DNA of 9,238 nucleotides from a virus (Duplodnaviria; Heunggongvirae; Uroviricota; Caudoviricetes): IMG/VR virus record IMGVR_UViG_2703718854_000002; one strand, 5' to 3'. Shown piece by piece: positions 8,203 to 9,238 of this stretch (position 1 is its first letter; each line of letters starts with the position of its first letter). The notes under the pieces were generated by a model. It saw only the letters and a program-made list of their open reading frames with translations, ran no database searches and was not told where the DNA came from. The position numbers and the translations under genes were made by a program.

Positions 8203-8561
8203 TTCGCTTCCCTAAAGACAATGAATTTAGAATAGAAAAAACCACATACAAGGCTGATAGCAGAGAATGCAACTAATGTGATGATTGGCGGCAATCCGAC
8301 TCTATCCGCAGCCAAGCCGACAGCAGCACTGAGCGCACCCATAAAACCAACGTAGAGCACGTAACGAAAAGTTGAAGTGGACGCTTTAAAAGTGAAACGA
8401 GCATTAGCGTAGAAGCTGAAGCTAACAGCCACAACAAAACCAGCAAAGTTGGCCAAAGCCTGGCTCGTGGACAATCCATACACGCAAACACCAAAAACAA
8501 CCCAGTGAATGAGCGTGTTTAAAACGCCAATCGATGTGTACTTAGCAAAAAGTTTTAACAT
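8199..8561 (-). CDS. gtrA: GtrA flippase-like small membrane protein
   Basis: 120-aa product [25 protein letters not shown]... closely matches the enterobacterial/phage GtrA sequence as I remember it; four hydrophobic segments. Confidence 0.9.
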
Positions 8562-8637
8562 TAGAAAAATCAGTCAATTCTGAGAAGGCAGAAGTTTAGC
8601 ACCAACAGACAACTTGATCGACTATCAGAATAAGATG

Positions 8638-8657
8638 TACTGTATATGCATACAGTA
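8638..8657. promoter_or_regulatory. LexA (SOS) box TACTGTATATGCATACAGTA
   Basis: CTGT-N8-ACAG with AT-rich spacer, a near-perfect match to the 20-bp LexA consensus taCTGTatatatataCAGta. Lies 20 bp upstream of the ATG at 8677 and about 77 bp upstream of the divergent gtrA start. Confidence 0.75.
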
Positions 8658-8676
8658 TGCATTTTGAGGTGACAAC

Positions 8677-8916
8677 ATGCCGCGTCGTTCAGATATTGAG
8701 ATCGCCTTCAGGGCCTCTATTGTGCATGAAAGGTCAGGCCGCAGGATTGTGAAAACTGCTGATTTTGTTAAGGAACTACTAAAGGTTAACTGGGAGCTCA
8801 GCATGGAAGAGGCTAATCAATGGATAGCCAGATACACCACCTGCTTCAAAGACATCACTCCCGATCACGGGGAGAACAAGACCTGGTTCATGTACAACCC
8901 GAATGGAGGGCTTTGA
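8677..8916 (+). CDS. Small hypothetical protein, first gene of a LexA-box-controlled bicistron
   Basis: 79 aa, no motif I recognise. SD GAGGTG 5 nt upstream of ATG. Its stop (8914-8916) is 1 nt before the downstream ATG, and the downstream SD (GGAGGG 8905-8910) lies inside its 3' end. Confidence 0.5.
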   Translation: MPRRSDIEIAFRASIVHERSGRRIVKTADFVKELLKVNWELSMEEANQWIARYTTCFKDITPDHGENKTWFMYNPNGGL

Positions 8917-8917
8917 T

Positions 8918-9238
8918 ATGGGGTTCCCAAGTCCAGCAAGGGATTACATCGAAAGTAAGCTTAATGTGAATGTTATATGCGGAGTCACCACTAACAGCCT
9001 GGTGATTGAGACATCGCAAGGATTTGCTGTGATAGAAAAGGGCATGAAGCCATCGCCAGACAGTACCTACCTGATTTCGTATTCAGGAGGTTGTCACTTT
9101 GCCAAACGTAGAGGCGATGCGCTGATAACGATAGATGGTGAAGTACTTGAAGGAGAGGTTCTGGATGAGGTGGATGTGAAGGGCATTCTGACGCATCTCA
9201 TTAACCGAGCAGTGGATGACGATAATCCTGCAATCTGA
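8918..9238 (+). CDS. UmuD'-like (HumD-like) protein; N-terminus M-GFPSPARDY resembles the processed N-terminus of UmuD'
   Basis: Favoured start ATG 8918 (GGAGGG SD, 7-nt spacer); the ORF track uses the in-frame ATG at 8903. GFPSPARDYIESKLN matches UmuD GFPSPAADYVEQRIDLN, and STYLISYSGGCH tentatively aligns to UmuD ATYFVKASGDSM, putting Cys at the nucleophile Ser position. The protein is shorter than UmuD' and its C-terminal ~45 residues do not obviously match. Stop TGA is at the window end (9236-9238). Confidence 0.45.
   Translation: MGFPSPARDYIESKLNVNVICGVTTNSLVIETSQGFAVIEKGMKPSPDSTYLISYSGGCHFAKRRGDALITIDGEVLEGEVLDEVDVKGILTHLINRAVDDDNPAI

Noticed and set aside
8273-8500. 75-aa minus-strand ORF
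   Set aside because: Alternative frame inside gtrA, which is recognised with high confidence.
8562-8676. attR (direct repeat of the tRNA-Ser 3' end) immediately beyond gtrA
   Set aside because: In P22/SfII-like phages attP follows gtrA, so I looked for a copy of the tRNA 3' segment here. Only a trivial 5-nt match (tcaat) exists, so the right boundary of the element is not in this window.
8903-9238. Second LexA-operon gene as a LexA/CI-type repressor or complete S24 peptidase
   Set aside because: No N-terminal HTH domain, no Ala-Gly/Cys-Gly cleavage site ahead of the GFPSPA motif, and the protein is too short to hold the full Ser-Lys dyad catalytic domain. Only a UmuD'-like resemblance is claimed.
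1-9238. CRISPR arrays, IS elements or transposase fragments, rRNA
   Set aside because: No regularly spaced direct repeats, no terminal inverted repeats flanking a transposase-like ORF, and no rRNA-like conserved segments were seen on either strand.

Overview
Enterobacterial (E. coli/Shigella-like) chromosomal window. The left ~1 kb is host backbone: mtfA on the minus strand and tRNA-Ser(CGA) (serU-type) on the plus strand. From the tRNA 3' end onward the window is a heavily decayed lambdoid/P22-like prophage remnant whose surviving pieces are still in canonical phage order: lambda-type integrase C-terminal fragment, GH19 endolysin with overlapped Rz/Rz1 spanins, a YkgJ-type Cys-cluster protein, an HNH endonuclease, a tail-fibre C-terminal fragment, then an O-antigen modification cassette (acyltransferase-3 O-acetylase, gtr type-specific glucosyltransferase, gtrB, gtrA). 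Divergent from gtrA is a near-consensus LexA box driving two tightly coupled small genes; the second product begins with a UmuD'-like GFPSPA-DY motif. No CRISPR array, IS element or rRNA was seen. All family assignments rest on motifs read by eye and on memory of reference proteins; no database search was run.
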